From contig CAOKRC010000003.1 in the NCBI GenBank assembly GCA_948471035.1, positions 13,246 through 77,245 of the forward strand: DNA of 64,000 nucleotides, given 5' to 3'. Every line of letters starts with the position of its first letter. Position 1 is the stretch's first letter. A program made the translations under genes and the position numbers. The notes beneath the pieces are model-generated. The model made no database searches. It was not told the origin of the DNA and saw only the letters and a list, made by a program, of their open reading frames with translations. The DNA comes from an uncultured Clostridium sp. Its GTDB lineage: Bacteria; Bacillota; Clostridia; TANB77; CAG-508. Below are positions 31,130 to 44,100 of the stretch, piece by piece.

Positions 31130-32089
31130 GTGAAACTGATGATAAAAATATATAATTCAAGTTTAGAAACAAATGAAATAAAAACATTGAAAGAAATAGA
31201 AAAAGGAAGTTGGGTAAATATGATAAACCCGACAGAAGATGAAATAAAAAAAGTGTGTGAAGGAACTAACATAAAAGAAGACTTCATACGATATTCATTA
31301 GACTATGAAGAAAAAGCAAGAATTGACGAAGAAGATGAAGATGGAACAATATTATTCCTTATAGATGTTCCAATAATAGAAAAAGAAAAAGAAGCGGAAA
31401 ACTATACAACAATGCCACTTGGAATGATAGTAGTAAGAGACGAATATTTTATAACAGTTTCATTAAAAAGAAACTTAATAATAGATAGTTTTGAGAAAAA
31501 AAGAGTAAAAGGATTTTCTACCTATAAAAAAAGTAGATTTCTATTACAAATAATGTATACAAATGCATCACACTATTTAACGTACTTAAAACAAATAAAC
31601 AAAGAAACAGAAATAGCAGAATCAATATTAAAAAATTCAATGAAAAATAGAGAATTACTAAAATTATTAAGCTTAGAAAAAAGCTTAGTATATTTTACAA
31701 CATCATTAAAATCAAATGAGTTAGTAATGGAAAAAACATTAAGAGGAAAAATTTTAAAACTATATGATGAAGATGAAGACATACTAGAAGATGCAATTAT
31801 AGAAAACAAACAAGCCATAGAAATGAGCCAAATATATAGGGACATATTAAATGGAACAATGGACGCATATGCATCAATAATATCAAACAATTTAAATGGA
31901 GTAATGAAATTTTTAACATCCATAACAATAGTACTTGCAATACCAACATTAATTGCAAGTTTATGGGGAATGAATGTACCAGTACCTTTGCAAGATAATA
32001 TATTTGGATTTCCAATACTTATTATAATTTCAATAATAGTAACTCTAATTGCAGTAATAATGCTAAAAAAACGTGATTTATTAAATTAA
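31130..32089 (+). CDS. corA: CorA-family magnesium transporter
   Basis: WGMNV signature with two C-terminal TM helices. Confidence 0.9.
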   Translation: MKLMIKIYNSSLETNEIKTLKEIEKGSWVNMINPTEDEIKKVCEGTNIKEDFIRYSLDYEEKARIDEEDEDGTILFLIDVPIIEKEKEAENYTTMPLGMIVVRDEYFITVSLKRNLIIDSFEKKRVKGFSTYKKSRFLLQIMYTNASHYLTYLKQINKETEIAESILKNSMKNRELLKLLSLEKSLVYFTTSLKSNELVMEKTLRGKILKLYDEDEDILEDAIIENKQAIEMSQIYRDILNGTMDAYASIISNNLNGVMKFLTSITIVLAIPTLIASLWGMNVPVPLQDNIFGFPILIIISIIVTLIAVIMLKKRDLLN

Positions 32090-32323
32090 AAAATTAAATT
32101 CTTATGAAATATAGTAATTTAAAACTAATACTTGTAATGTATTATAGATAAATCTAGGGGGGCGAGCATGCATGGACTAGCAATGTTCGCTCACACAAAA
32201 AATGTAAATACGTAAATAAGAAAAAAAAATACAAAAATTCCCAAAAAGATTACAAAAAATGAATAAAAAATGAAAAAAAGAGCATATTAAAAATGAAAAA
32301 ACAAAAGTAAGGAGTGAGTAAAA

Positions 32324-32515
32324 GTGAAAATTATAGACAAAATAGCCTTAATACTAGTAATAATAGGAGCAATCGTATGGGGATTAATAGGGTTATTCAA
32401 CTTTAACTTAGTAGAAATGTTATTTGGGAATATGACAATAATATCAAGAATAATATATACATTAGTAGGTGTATCAGGATTATGGGCAATAAAATTATTA
32501 TTTGATAATGACTAA
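32324..32515 (+). CDS. DUF378 family membrane protein
   Basis: IALILVIIGAIVWGLIGLFNFNLV...SRIIYTLVGVSG. Confidence 0.85.
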   Translation: MKIIDKIALILVIIGAIVWGLIGLFNFNLVEMLFGNMTIISRIIYTLVGVSGLWAIKLLFDND

Positions 32516-32691
32516 AATTATAGTTTAAATATTTATAAAAAGGTTCTATATTTATGCGTATAGAATCTTTTTATAGTTTTAATTAAATTGATAGAATAAG
32601 CAAGCCTCTATATAATTTAAAATGAATATTAGCATTGCCAAAACACAAAAAATTGTATATAATGTCTACAGCTAAAATTAGGAGGGATAAA

Positions 32692-34272
32692 ATGTTAATA
32701 ACAAATGGAGTTACAGTAAGATTTGGAAAAAGAACATTATTTGAAGATGTAAACATCAAATTTAATAAGGGTTGTTGCTATGGGATAATAGGTGCAAATG
32801 GAGCAGGAAAATCAACATTTTTAAAAGTGTTATCAGGAGATATAGAACCAAGTAAAGGTGAAGTAACAAAAGACAAAGGAGAAAGACTATCAGTATTAAA
32901 ACAAAACCACTTTGAATTTGAAGAATATACAGTAATGGATACAGTAATAATGGGAAATGGTGAGCTATATAAAATAATGAAAGAAAAAGATGCTATCTAC
33001 GCAAAACCAGACTTTAATGAAGAAGATGGAATGAGAGCAGCTAAATTAGAAGAAAGATTCGCAGAATTAGACGGATGGAACGCAGAAGCAGATGCAGCAT
33101 CATTATTAAATGAATTAGGAATAGAAACAGAAAAACATTATAAATTAATGAGTGAATTAGAGGCAAAAGAAAAAGTAAAAGTATTACTAGCACAAAGCCT
33201 ATTTGGAAATCCAGATATACTATTATTAGACGAGCCTACTAACGACTTAGATCTTTCAAGTATTAACTGGCTAGAGGAATTCTTAATAAATTTCGAAAAC
33301 ACAGTAATAGTAGTATCACATGACAGATATTTCCTAAATAAAGTATGTACACACATAGCAGATGTAGACTTTGGGCAAATAAAAGTATTTCCAGGAAACT
33401 ATGATTTCTGGTATGAATCAAGTCAGCTTTTATTAAAACAAATGAAAGAACAAAACAAAAAGAAAGAAGAAAAAATAAAAGAATTGCAAGCATTCATAGC
33501 AAGATTTAGTGCAAATGCATCAAAATCAAAACAAGCAACATCAAGAAAGAAATCATTAGAAAAAATTGAACTAGATGAAATAAAACCATCAAACAGAAGA
33601 TATCCATATATAGACTTTAAAGTAGATAGAGAACCAGGAAAAGAAATATTAAAAGTAAAAAACATTTCAAAAACAGTAAACGGAGAAAAACTACTAGATA
33701 ATGTATCATTTGTAGTAAAAGAAGGAGATAAAATAGCATTTTTAGCAGACAATGAAAATGCAAAAACAGTATTATTCCAAATAATAGCAGGAGAAATAGA
33801 GCCAGATGAAGGAAAAATTGAGTGGGGAACAACAATTAGTAAAACATATTTCCCAAAAGATAACAACTACTTATTCGAAGAAGATATGACAATCACAGAT
33901 TGGTTAAGACAATATTCAAAAGATCCAGACGAAACATATGTAAGAAGCTTTTTAGGAAGAATGCTATTCTCAGGAGAAGAATCACTAAAATATGTAAAAG
34001 TATTATCTGGAGGAGAAAAAGTAAGATGCGTACTTTCAAAAATGATGTTATCAGGAGCAAACTTACTTATAATGGACGAACCAACAAATCATTTAGATAT
34101 GGAAAGCATAACAGCCCTAAATGAAGGAATGGCAAACTTTAAAGGAAACATTATTTTTACATCACACGACCACCAATTAACTGAAACTGTTGCAAATAGA
34201 ATAATAGATATAAAACTAGATAAAGTAGTAGATAGAGAAGTAACATACAATGAATATCTAGGAATAGAATAA
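32692..34272 (+). CDS. ABC-F ATPase (YbiT/YkpA-like)
   Basis: GANGAGKST, LLLDEPTN, FSANASKSKQATSRKK linker, LSGGE, IMDEPTNHLD; no TM domain. Confidence 0.9.
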   Translation: MLITNGVTVRFGKRTLFEDVNIKFNKGCCYGIIGANGAGKSTFLKVLSGDIEPSKGEVTKDKGERLSVLKQNHFEFEEYTVMDTVIMGNGELYKIMKEKDAIYAKPDFNEEDGMRAAKLEERFAELDGWNAEADAASLLNELGIETEKHYKLMSELEAKEKVKVLLAQSLFGNPDILLLDEPTNDLDLSSINWLEEFLINFENTVIVVSHDRYFLNKVCTHIADVDFGQIKVFPGNYDFWYESSQLLLKQMKEQNKKKEEKIKELQAFIARFSANASKSKQATSRKKSLEKIELDEIKPSNRRYPYIDFKVDREPGKEILKVKNISKTVNGEKLLDNVSFVVKEGDKIAFLADNENAKTVLFQIIAGEIEPDEGKIEWGTTISKTYFPKDNNYLFEEDMTITDWLRQYSKDPDETYVRSFLGRMLFSGEESLKYVKVLSGGEKVRCVLSKMMLSGANLLIMDEPTNHLDMESITALNEGMANFKGNIIFTSHDHQLTETVANRIIDIKLDKVVDREVTYNEYLGIE

Positions 34273-34474
34273 AGAATAATCTAAAAACATAAGTAATATA
34301 AGATTAAAAATTCCATTTTTCAAGGCGTTTTAGTATATTTGATTTAAATAAACAATGTAATATACTATACTAAAAAAGAAATATTAACGTTTTGCTTAAA
34401 GTATGTCGAATCCATTTTTATCTTATATTACTTATGTTATATATAATGGTAGAAAAAAGAAAGAGGAAACAAAA

Positions 34475-36634
34475 ATGAATATAGAAAAACGAATTGCAGA
34501 AGAATTAAATATAAAAGAAATTCAAGTACAAAAAACAGTAGAATTAATAGATGGAGGAAATACAATTCCATTTATAGCACGTTATAGAAAAGAAGTAACT
34601 GGAGGATTATCAGACGAGGTCTTAAGAGAACTAGGAGAAAGACTTACATACCTTAGAAATTTAAGTGATAGAAAAGAAGAAGTAACAAAATCCATAGAAG
34701 CACAAGGAAAACTAACAGAAGAAATTAAAAAAGAACTAGAAAATGCAATAACACTTGCAGAAGTAGAAGACATATATAGACCATATAAACAAAAGAAAAG
34801 AACACGTGCAACTCAAGCCAAAGAAAAAGGACTAGAACCACTTGCAAAAATAATATATGAACAAAACGAAACAGTAAACTTAGAAGAAATTGCAAAAGAA
34901 TATATAAACAAAGAAAAAGAAGTAAATACTGTAGAAGACGCAATAGCTGGAGCATTAGACATAATAGCAGAAAACATATCAGACAATCCAGAATTTAGAA
35001 AACAAATAAAAAGGATATGCTATCGTGAGTCAACATTAAATACAAAAGCAACAAAACCAGAAGAAAAATCAAACTATGAAATGTACTATGAATTTGCTGA
35101 AAATGTAAATAGACTTCCAAGCCATAGAATACTTGCAATAAACAGAGGAGAAAAAGAAGAATACTTAAAAGTAAAAATAGAAAAACCAGAAGATAAAATA
35201 ATATACTTATTAGAAAAAAGAATAATAAAAAAAGAAAGCAAGTTTAAAAGCGACTTACAAAACACAATTGGGGATGCATGGAAAAGACTAATAGAAAGTT
35301 CTATAGATAGAGAAATAAGAGCAGATTTAACTGAAAAAGCAGAAATTCAAGCAATAAAAGTATTTGGTAAAAATGCGAAACAACTTTTACTTGGGGCACC
35401 ACTTAAAGGACTAACAGTAATAGGATTTGACCCAGCATATAGAACAGGATGTAAAATAGCAGTAATAGATGAAACAGGAAAAGTATTAGATACAACAACA
35501 ATATATCCAACAGAGCCACAAAATGATGTAGAAGGAGCAAAAAAAGTATTAATAAACCTAATAGCAAAATACAATGTAGATATGTTTGCAATTGGAAATG
35601 GAACAGCATCACGTGAATCAGAACAATTTGTAGCCGAAACAATAAAAGAAGTAAAAGAAAAATACAAAAAAGACGTGCATTATGCAATTGTTTCAGAAGC
35701 GGGAGCAAGTGTATATTCAGCATCAAAACTAGCAACAGAAGAATATCCTAATATTAACGTATCCCTAAGAGGAGCAATATCAATAGCAAGACGATTACAA
35801 GACCCACTAGCAGAACTTGTAAAAATAGATCCAAAGGCAATAGGAGTAGGACAATATCAACATGATGTAAATCAAAAGAAATTAGAAGAAAGCCTAACAT
35901 GGGTAGTAGAAGACGCGGTAAATAAAGTAGGAGTAGATGTAAACACAGCAACACCATCATTACTTTCATATGTAGCAGGACTAAATAAAACAATAAGTAA
36001 AAATATAGTAACATATAGAGATGAATTTGGAAAAATAAAAGAAAGAAAAGAACTATTAAAAGTACCAAAGCTAGGGAAAGTAGCATTTGAGCAATGTGCA
36101 GGATTTATAAGAATATATGATGGGTCTAATCCACTAGAAATAACAGGAGTACATCCAGAAAGTTATGAAAAAACAGAAAAGCTACTTGAAAACTTAGGAT
36201 ATAATAAAGAAGACATAAAAAACAAAGAAAAAGTAGGTGAATTAAAAGAAAAATTATCAAAACTAAACGTAGAAAAAACTGCGAAAGAATTAAAAATAGG
36301 AGAAATGACATTAAAAGATATAATAGGAGAACTAACAAAACCAGGAAGAGACCCAAGAGAAGACTTACCAAAACCAATATTAAGAAATGATGTACTAAAA
36401 ATAGAAGACTTAAAAGATGGAATGATATTATCAGGCACAGTAAGAAATGTAATAGACTTTGGAGCATTTATAGACATAGGAATAAAACATGATGGATTAG
36501 TACATATATCAGAAATGAGTGAAAGTTTTGTAAAAAATCCATTAGATATAGTATCAGTAGGAGATATAGTAAAAGTAAAAATAATAGAAATAGATTTAGA
36601 AAGACAAAAAGTAAAACTAAGTATGAAAATATAA
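34475..36634 (+). CDS. tex: Tex-family RNA-binding transcriptional accessory protein
   Basis: GNTIPFIARYRKEVTG, DPAYRTGCK, GVGQYQHDV, C-terminal S1 domain. Confidence 0.92.
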   Translation: MNIEKRIAEELNIKEIQVQKTVELIDGGNTIPFIARYRKEVTGGLSDEVLRELGERLTYLRNLSDRKEEVTKSIEAQGKLTEEIKKELENAITLAEVEDIYRPYKQKKRTRATQAKEKGLEPLAKIIYEQNETVNLEEIAKEYINKEKEVNTVEDAIAGALDIIAENISDNPEFRKQIKRICYRESTLNTKATKPEEKSNYEMYYEFAENVNRLPSHRILAINRGEKEEYLKVKIEKPEDKIIYLLEKRIIKKESKFKSDLQNTIGDAWKRLIESSIDREIRADLTEKAEIQAIKVFGKNAKQLLLGAPLKGLTVIGFDPAYRTGCKIAVIDETGKVLDTTTIYPTEPQNDVEGAKKVLINLIAKYNVDMFAIGNGTASRESEQFVAETIKEVKEKYKKDVHYAIVSEAGASVYSASKLATEEYPNINVSLRGAISIARRLQDPLAELVKIDPKAIGVGQYQHDVNQKKLEESLTWVVEDAVNKVGVDVNTATPSLLSYVAGLNKTISKNIVTYRDEFGKIKERKELLKVPKLGKVAFEQCAGFIRIYDGSNPLEITGVHPESYEKTEKLLENLGYNKEDIKNKEKVGELKEKLSKLNVEKTAKELKIGEMTLKDIIGELTKPGRDPREDLPKPILRNDVLKIEDLKDGMILSGTVRNVIDFGAFIDIGIKHDGLVHISEMSESFVKNPLDIVSVGDIVKVKIIEIDLERQKVKLSMKI

Positions 36635-36732
36635 TTGAATCTATATAAAAATTGTGGTAAAATAGTATTTGTAAAAAATAATTAAGTTCAATAAAGAACT
36701 TAGGCTCTATAAAATAATGGAGGGTATAAAAA

Positions 36733-36900
36733 ATGGGAGCACGTATTAACGTAGAAATTTCAAAACCCCATGAAAATTATCAGTATACATCAGGGGATAT
36801 CGAGCAAATTGCATACAAGATAATTAATCAGCTTGGAAATGCAGATGCTAAAAAAATAGCTGAATATTTAAACCTTGCGACTGACGATTTTAAGAGCTAA
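36733..36900 (+). CDS. Small hypothetical protein (55 aa)
   Basis: Manual translation MGARINVEISKPHENYQ...; GGAGGG RBS; followed by a hairpin at 36902-36936. Confidence 0.5.
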   Translation: MGARINVEISKPHENYQYTSGDIEQIAYKIINQLGNADAKKIAEYLNLATDDFKS

Positions 36901-37021
36901 GAAAAAACCGTTCACTTTTAGAGTGAACGGTTTTTTCTATATTAACAAAAATATAAATGTATAGTATATTTATAAATGTTTTTCACCAACATTTATGTTC
37001 TTATATGTCAAATTTTTAATT

Positions 37022-37783
37022 CTATTCTTCAGTTTTAGTTTCAGTAACTGTATTAGTTTCTGTTGCTTTACCTGCAAGGTCTTCATAGAAGCAAATGAAA
37101 GCAACCATTATATAAGGCATTAACCAAAGCATACCTATTCCCATAGTAATTCCAGCAAGAATTGACCAACCAATGAAAGTTAAACTTAACCAGAAAAATC
37201 TCCATCTGTTACCTCTCATTAGTTTTTCACTCATTTCTACGACTTCTTTGCCAGTCATATCTGGATTATCATTTAAAATATAGTAACTTAAAGAATATAA
37301 AAATCCTTTAACAATTACATAAATTAAAGAAACAACATATCCAATTACACTTATAAAAGCTAAAAATCCAAAACCTGCAACTCCACCAGAAGATTCAGCA
37401 ATTATTGCAGAAGCAAGAGAACCTCCAAGAGAAACTACAAGTAAAATAATAAAAATTACAATTAAACATATAGGTAAAATCATTTTAAGAATTATATTCC
37501 CAAATACGCCCCATACCTTTGCAAATGAAGAAAATCCAAAATTTAAAAAGTCTGTATAATTAACATCTTCATCTCTTTTAAGTTTCATAAAAGAAACAAT
37601 TAATCCATAAGAAATAGGTGTAGAAATTACAAAAAGAATAATACCACCTACTACTGGAATAAGTCTGCAAACAAAGTTAATTACAAAAACAATAATTGCA
37701 TAAACTAATGTAAGTAATGCAGATTTTCCCCATTTACCAGCAAGTGCCTTACGAGCATTTGCTCTAATTTCTGATGCTACCAT
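37022..37783 (-). CDS. DUF975 family membrane protein
   Basis: ARKALAGKWG...SEKLMRGNRWRFFWLSLTFIGW...LWLMPY. Confidence 0.85.
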   Translation of the reverse strand: MVASEIRANARKALAGKWGKSALLTLVYAIIVFVINFVCRLIPVVGGIILFVISTPISYGLIVSFMKLKRDEDVNYTDFLNFGFSSFAKVWGVFGNIILKMILPICLIVIFIILLVVSLGGSLASAIIAESSGGVAGFGFLAFISVIGYVVSLIYVIVKGFLYSLSYYILNDNPDMTGKEVVEMSEKLMRGNRWRFFWLSLTFIGWSILAGITMGIGMLWLMPYIMVAFICFYEDLAGKATETNTVTETKTEE

Positions 37784-38058
37784 AAAAACATCCTCCTTTT
37801 AATAATAAAATTCGACTTAAATATACAATAAATTATGTAATATGTCAATATAAAAGATGACATAAAAGTTACAATATAATAGGTTTACCCAATATAGTAT
37901 AGACACGGTAATATAGAGCTTTCTTTTTTTGTATACTAAAAAAGAAAATGTCCAATATCACGCAAGAAAGAGTGGATTAATAGGATATCCATTATTCAGT
38001 AACAAAATAGAGATAGAAAATTTAATTTCTATCTCTACAAATATATAATAAAAACTTC

Positions 38059-39114
38059 CTAAATATACCTATTTTGTATATCTTTAATTTCATCATAGTG
38101 ATTATCTAAAATATCTAAAAATACATCAGCAATTTTAGGGTCAAACTGAGTACCTTTGCATCTTTCAATTTCAGCTCTAACAACTTCTAGAGGAAGAGGT
38201 TCCCTGTATGATCTTTTAGAAGTCATTGCATCAAAAGTATCGCTAACTGCAGCAATGCGAGCAAAAAATGGAATTTCTTCACCCTTTAATTTTCCAGGAT
38301 ATCCAGTACCATCATATTTTTCGTGATGATGTTTAACAATAGGAATTAAATCCTTAAAAATAGTTGCAGTAGATAAAATATGTGCACCAATAGTAGGATG
38401 ATTTTTAATTTCAGAATATTCATCATCAGTAAGTTTATCAGTTTTAAGCAAAATACTATCAGGAACACCAATTTTACCAATATCATGAAATAATCCACCA
38501 ATACGTAAATCATTTAAATCATTTTCTGGAAGGTCCATATATTTACCAATCAAAACACTATACTCAGAAACTCTATCAGAATGCCCTCTTGTATATGAAT
38601 CCTTAGCTTCAACAGTATAACGTAAAGTTTGAATACTCTCCATATAAGAACGTTCTAATTTATCATAAGTATCTTTTAACTCATTATTAATCTTCTTAAT
38701 CAAATTCATCTGTGAAATAGCCTTAATACCAGACTCGATAAGAAGAAGTAACTGATCAAACTTATCACTCTTTTCACAATAACCTTGAATATCAAGACGT
38801 CTAATAGTTTCAAGAGGAGGAGCCAAATCTTTATGACCTGTTAGTAATAAAATATATAATTCTTTATTAAACTTTCTAATTTCCTCAACTACTTGGTCAC
38901 CATGAATAGGAGTCATAATAAAGTCTAAAAGCATCAAATCAAAATGTTCATTTTTAACTTTTTCAATAGCTTCCATAGGATCAGTAACACCTGTAAATTC
39001 ATATCCAGAACGTTTAAGAAAAATAGAAAGAGAATCAATAATACCAATTTCGTCATCAACAACAATTATTTTATAGCCATTAGAAGCCTGTGCTTCTACA
39101 TTACCTTTTCTCAT
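38059..39114 (-). CDS. Response regulator with HD-GYP phosphodiesterase output
   Basis: REC (VVDDE, LLDFIM); YTRGHSDRV, FHDIGKIG, HHHEKYDGTGYP. Confidence 0.9.
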   Translation of the reverse strand: MRKGNVEAQASNGYKIIVVDDEIGIIDSLSIFLKRSGYEFTGVTDPMEAIEKVKNEHFDLMLLDFIMTPIHGDQVVEEIRKFNKELYILLLTGHKDLAPPLETIRRLDIQGYCEKSDKFDQLLLLIESGIKAISQMNLIKKINNELKDTYDKLERSYMESIQTLRYTVEAKDSYTRGHSDRVSEYSVLIGKYMDLPENDLNDLRIGGLFHDIGKIGVPDSILLKTDKLTDDEYSEIKNHPTIGAHILSTATIFKDLIPIVKHHHEKYDGTGYPGKLKGEEIPFFARIAAVSDTFDAMTSKRSYREPLPLEVVRAEIERCKGTQFDPKIADVFLDILDNHYDEIKDIQNRYI

Positions 39115-39297
39115 AGATTCACCTCTTAATATTTATATAGAACTATTATATTAGTAAATTAAAAGAAAAGCAATATAAAAATAGAAAAATTACATAAAAG
39201 AAGTAAAAAAATCGACAAAATTCGACTATAAAAGATTTAAATATAAAAACTTACAGTATATGAAATAATACCCAGAGCCACCTCTGGGTATAAATAT

Positions 39298-41089
39298 CTA
39301 TAAAGGAAGAATTATATTAAATTTAGTACCCTTTCCGTAGAGTAGAATCAAAAGTAATATCACCACTAAAATGGCCACGAATAGTTGAATAAGACATAAA
39401 CATACCAAGACCAGTACCATTTTTGCCTTTAGTAGTAATCATCTCTTTAAACAACTTATCCTTAACCTCGATAGGCATACCGCACCCATAATCCTGAACA
39501 GAAATAACAAGATTATTATTATTTTTATTAAAGCTTAAATCTATGCTCTTATTAGTTTCACCATTATAGGCTTGAATAGCATTAGAAATAATATTATTAA
39601 TAACTTGAACTAAACTATTAACATTACCATGTAAAGAAATCATATCATCAATATTCATATTAACCTTCATATCAATTAAAGCATTCTTAAGCTCATGTTT
39701 CATAAGAATATTAATACGTTTAACAAGTTCATTAATAGTAAAACTATCTTCCTCATCTTCATTTAAAGTAACAGCTTGTCCTTTAACAGCAGTAATAATA
39801 TCAGACATATATGAAGTATGAGTTTTAATTTTCTCAATCCATTCACTCATATCATGTGCAATTTCGTGATGATCTTGAAAATTTACTTCAGGGTCTTCAA
39901 TAGAATAATCATATTCTTTAACTAAATCAGTAAGACCTTCAGCAGCACCAGCAATAGACATAATAGGAGTTTTTAAGTTATGTGCAATACCACCAACAAG
40001 CTGACCAAGAGAAGCAAGACGTTCTTTTTCAACAAGTAAATCCTGATTTTCTTTAATCGTATTCATATCCTCAATATGTTGAGTTATATCCTTAAGAAGA
40101 ATAAGAGTACCAACATATTTGCTATTTGATTTTATATCATTAATTTCAATATTAAAATACTTATTTACACTTTCAAAATGCTTTTCAAAATGAAAAGTAT
40201 CATTTGAAGACTTTATTTTATCTAAAGTTATAAGCAATGAATCAATGTTAATATTGTGCTCATTAAAACCTTGTATTAAATCAGCAATATCCTTATTTCT
40301 AACATCATTTGATTTAACATTAAAAGTAGTTAAAAAAGTTTCATTAAAATCAGTAACAACATTATTTTCATTTAAAACAATATAACTGTCCGAAATTCTA
40401 TCAACTATTTTTTGCAGAGCAATTGGCGTAATTTTCAAAAAGTCAAATTTAAAAATAGCAAGAGCAAAACAAATTACAGTTGCAGTAAAAGAAAGCGGAG
40501 TAACGTATATAGTCATAGGCAATAGCTTAAAGCTTCCCAATATATTTATAACTATAGGAATTGAAATTCCTAAAACAATTAGTAAGGACTGTTTTGAAAA
40601 AAAACCAGAGTTTTTAATTGAAAAGCGTAATAAACGAAATATTCCTAAAAACAATAAAGTATAAGAATAGATGTAGTGTACAAAAATATAAGGTCCATGA
40701 GTAGTATTATTAAGATTTGTAGAGTATATTTCGTAAAATAGATGATGATAATCATTTGTCCATAACACTAATAAAGATATTATAGGTACAACTAATAAAA
40801 GTAAATGTTTTTTACTAAAGTTTATTTTTGTGTTTTCAAATATCAAACCAGTAAAAAATACGCTAACAGGCAAAAAGCATCCACCAATATATGAAAAATA
40901 GTCAAAATATATTGGATTTATATTAAGTGTATTGCTGAATGTAGTTAGCAATACAAAAAAGCATAATATAAATAATAATATTAAATTAATTAAAAAAATT
41001 TTTTTTAATTGCTCATTTTTTTTGTTTTTTAATATATAAAAATATAAAATTATAATTAAAATACAAGATAGAAATAGTAGAATATTCAT
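39298..41089 (-). CDS. Multi-TM (HisKA_7TM-like) PAS histidine kinase; final strand needs +1 shift at CGG 39337
   Basis: ~7 TM helices, IAHNLKTP H-box, NAIQA, DYGCG, GTGLG; DSTL[C]G-KGTKFNIILPL*. Confidence 0.9.
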
Positions 41090-41109
41090 AATAGAAATCC
41101 ACCTCTTTA

Positions 41110-44100
41110 TTAATTAATATATAAGTTAAAATAACCAATATCTGTTAAATATTTAAAATAATTTCTGATATAGTTTATATCTATGTATGGCCATTCAAAA
41201 CCTATTTTTAGTAAAAATTCTTTAGTAAAATTAGATTGTATATTAACTTGCGATTTATATACTAGTTTTTTATCAGCATTCAAGTCATTTATGATGCCTT
41301 CAAGTTCTTGTTTCTTAGAAGAATCCTGTAATAAAGCTTGAATAGTATTAGAAAATTCTTCATCTGGAATTAAACTAATATTAATGCCTATTTCATGTAA
41401 CATATTGAATAATCTATCTAAATAAACATGTTTTTCATTCAATAAATGGAAAACTGTAAAATCTTTATTAATATGATTTGCAATATCAATAATTGCATTA
41501 CCACAATAATCAATGGGTGTAAATTCACAATATAAGTTTAGTAAACTTTTTGGAAAAACACCAATTTGTAAAAAAGATTTAAGTCTATTTACAAAAGCAT
41601 TTTCAAAATGATTTTGTTGAAATTTGCCTTCAGAAAATCTGCTAGTTAAATTACCCATTCTTAAAATACAAGCTTGTAATCCACCTAAAATTGCATCTAA
41701 AACAAGTTTTTCTGCCTCAAATTTACTTCTAACATAAAAATTCTTTAAATTTTGTCCAATATAAAAGTTTGTTTCATTAAAGAACATATCTTTTTCAAAA
41801 TTATTATCTATATTAGCACCCTCTGCAAGATTATTTCCAGATACACTAATAGTAGAAACATGTAATAATTTTAAATTATATACCTTACAAAAGTCAATGA
41901 CTCTTTTTGTACCTATAATATTAATTTTTTCAAAATCATTATAACTACCATAATGTTTTACTAATGCAGCACAATGAATAACAGTATTTACGTTAGTACC
42001 TAAAACATTATAATCAATCATATTTAAACCAAAGTCATTTAAAGTAATATCTCCTTCAACAAGTTTGATTCTATTTCCAATATAACTATCATATTGTGTA
42101 TCAAAATAAAAATGTAAAACATTTTTTAGTCTATCTTCAGGAGACATATTATTTTTGCCTCTAATTAAACAATAAATTGTACCATTTTCCTTTTTTAAAT
42201 AACTATCTAATACGTGTGCACCTAAAAATCCAGTAAAGCCTGTAAGAAGGACATTTCCAATAGGAGTATTTTGTATTTCCATATCTGTAGTTATTTGATT
42301 ATTTTCCAGTATAGTATTATATTTCTCATAATCAAAGTTGTTTTCTGTATAAGAATCAGTAGTATGATTAATACATTTTGCTAATTCCTGAACAGTAGGG
42401 TGATCAAATATGTCTGCGTAAGTTATTTGCAAATTATTACTAATAGCCTCAACTTGTAATTTAATAGCCAATAAAGAATTTCCACCCAATTCAAAGAAAT
42501 CATCATCAATACCAATATCATCGAAAGATAATAATTTCTTGAAAATATCTAAAAGTAATTTTTCATTTTCATTAGTTGGTTGTTTAATTTTACCTTTAAT
42601 ATGATTTGATTTAAAATTAGTAGGTAATGATTTTCTATCAACCTTTCCATTTGTATTAATAGGTAATTTTTCTAGTTGCATAAAATAAGTAGGTATCATA
42701 TAAATTGGTAAATTTCTTTTTAAGTATTGTTTTAATTCGTGTATATCAATTTGTTTATCAGCAACAATATAAGAGCAAATATTTTTTTCACCTTTAATTT
42801 CATTTACAATTGTAAAACATTCTTTCATAGAAGGAAAAGTTGCAATCCTAGCATTAACTTCCCCAATCTCAACTCTAAAACCTCTAATTTTTACCTGATT
42901 ATCAATTCTTCCAATAAAATCAATACATCCATTTGGCAACCATTTTACTAAATCGCCAGTCTTATATACTAATCCAGTTCCAAAAGGATTTTCAATAAAT
43001 TTTTCATTAGTTAAATTATCATTATTTAGGTATCCTTTTGCAACTCCATCTCCACCAACCCATAATTCACCAGGTACTCCAATAGGATTTAAATTTCCTG
43101 TCGTAGAAACAACATATGCAGTTGAATTTGAAATTGGTTTTCCAATAGGTATTGAATTAGTATATTTTTTATCAATTGTAAAACAACAAGAAAAGGTAGT
43201 ATTTTCTGTTGGACCATACCCATTAATAACTGTTAAATTAGGGTTAGCCACTTTTACCATATTAATATGTTTTGGAGAAAGAACATCTCCACCAGTTAAT
43301 AGTGTTTTTACACTACGAAACATATGAGGATTTTCTTCACACAATTGATTAAATAGAGGTGCAGTAAGCCATAAAATAGTAATTTTATTATTAATTACAT
43401 AATCTTGTAATAATTGAGAATCTAATAATGCTTCTTTTTTAATAATATATAACTCAAAACCATTTAACAAAGTACCAAAAATCTCAAAAGTACATGCATC
43501 AAAAACAATGGAACCTGTTTGAAGAATTCTTTCTTTTTTATCAAAAGTTATAAAATTATTATTTTTTACTAATCTAATAATATTTCTGTGTTTTACCATA
43601 ACGCCCTTAGGATTTCCTGTTGAACCAGAAGTGTACATGATGTATGCTAAATTATCAGCAGAAATATTTTTACAATATATATTTTCAAAATCATTTTGAG
43701 AATATATAGGGCTATCTATATCAATACATAAGGCTTGTATAGTACCATTAGATTTATGAATATTAGCTTTTGTTGTTAAAAGAATTTTTGATTTTGAATC
43801 TCTTATAATATAATCTATTCTATCACTTGGGTAATTAACATCAATAGGAAGATATGTTGCACCGACTTTTAAAGTAGCAATAATAGATATTATAGATTCA
43901 AGAGATTTATCTAATAATAAGCAAACTATATCATTTGTATTAACACTATTTGCAAGTAAAAACCTAGCTAACTGGTTAGCTTTTTCATTTAATTCTCTAT
44001 AAGTTAATTTTTTATCTTCAAAAACAACAGCAATATTATCAGGAGTTTTTTCTACTTGCTCCTCAAATAAATCCACAATTGTTTTATTACTTGGATAATC

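Noticed and set aside
35899-35901. Trp (TGG) in Tex SLTWVVED as a second Gly-to-Trp scar
   Set aside because: This position varies among Tex proteins and aromatic residues occur there, so it is not informative.
37880-37990. Possible c-di-GMP riboswitch near the HD-GYP gene
   Set aside because: Only a GAAAGAGTGG fragment resembles the motif; the GCAAA/GACGCAAAGC core and pairing are missing.
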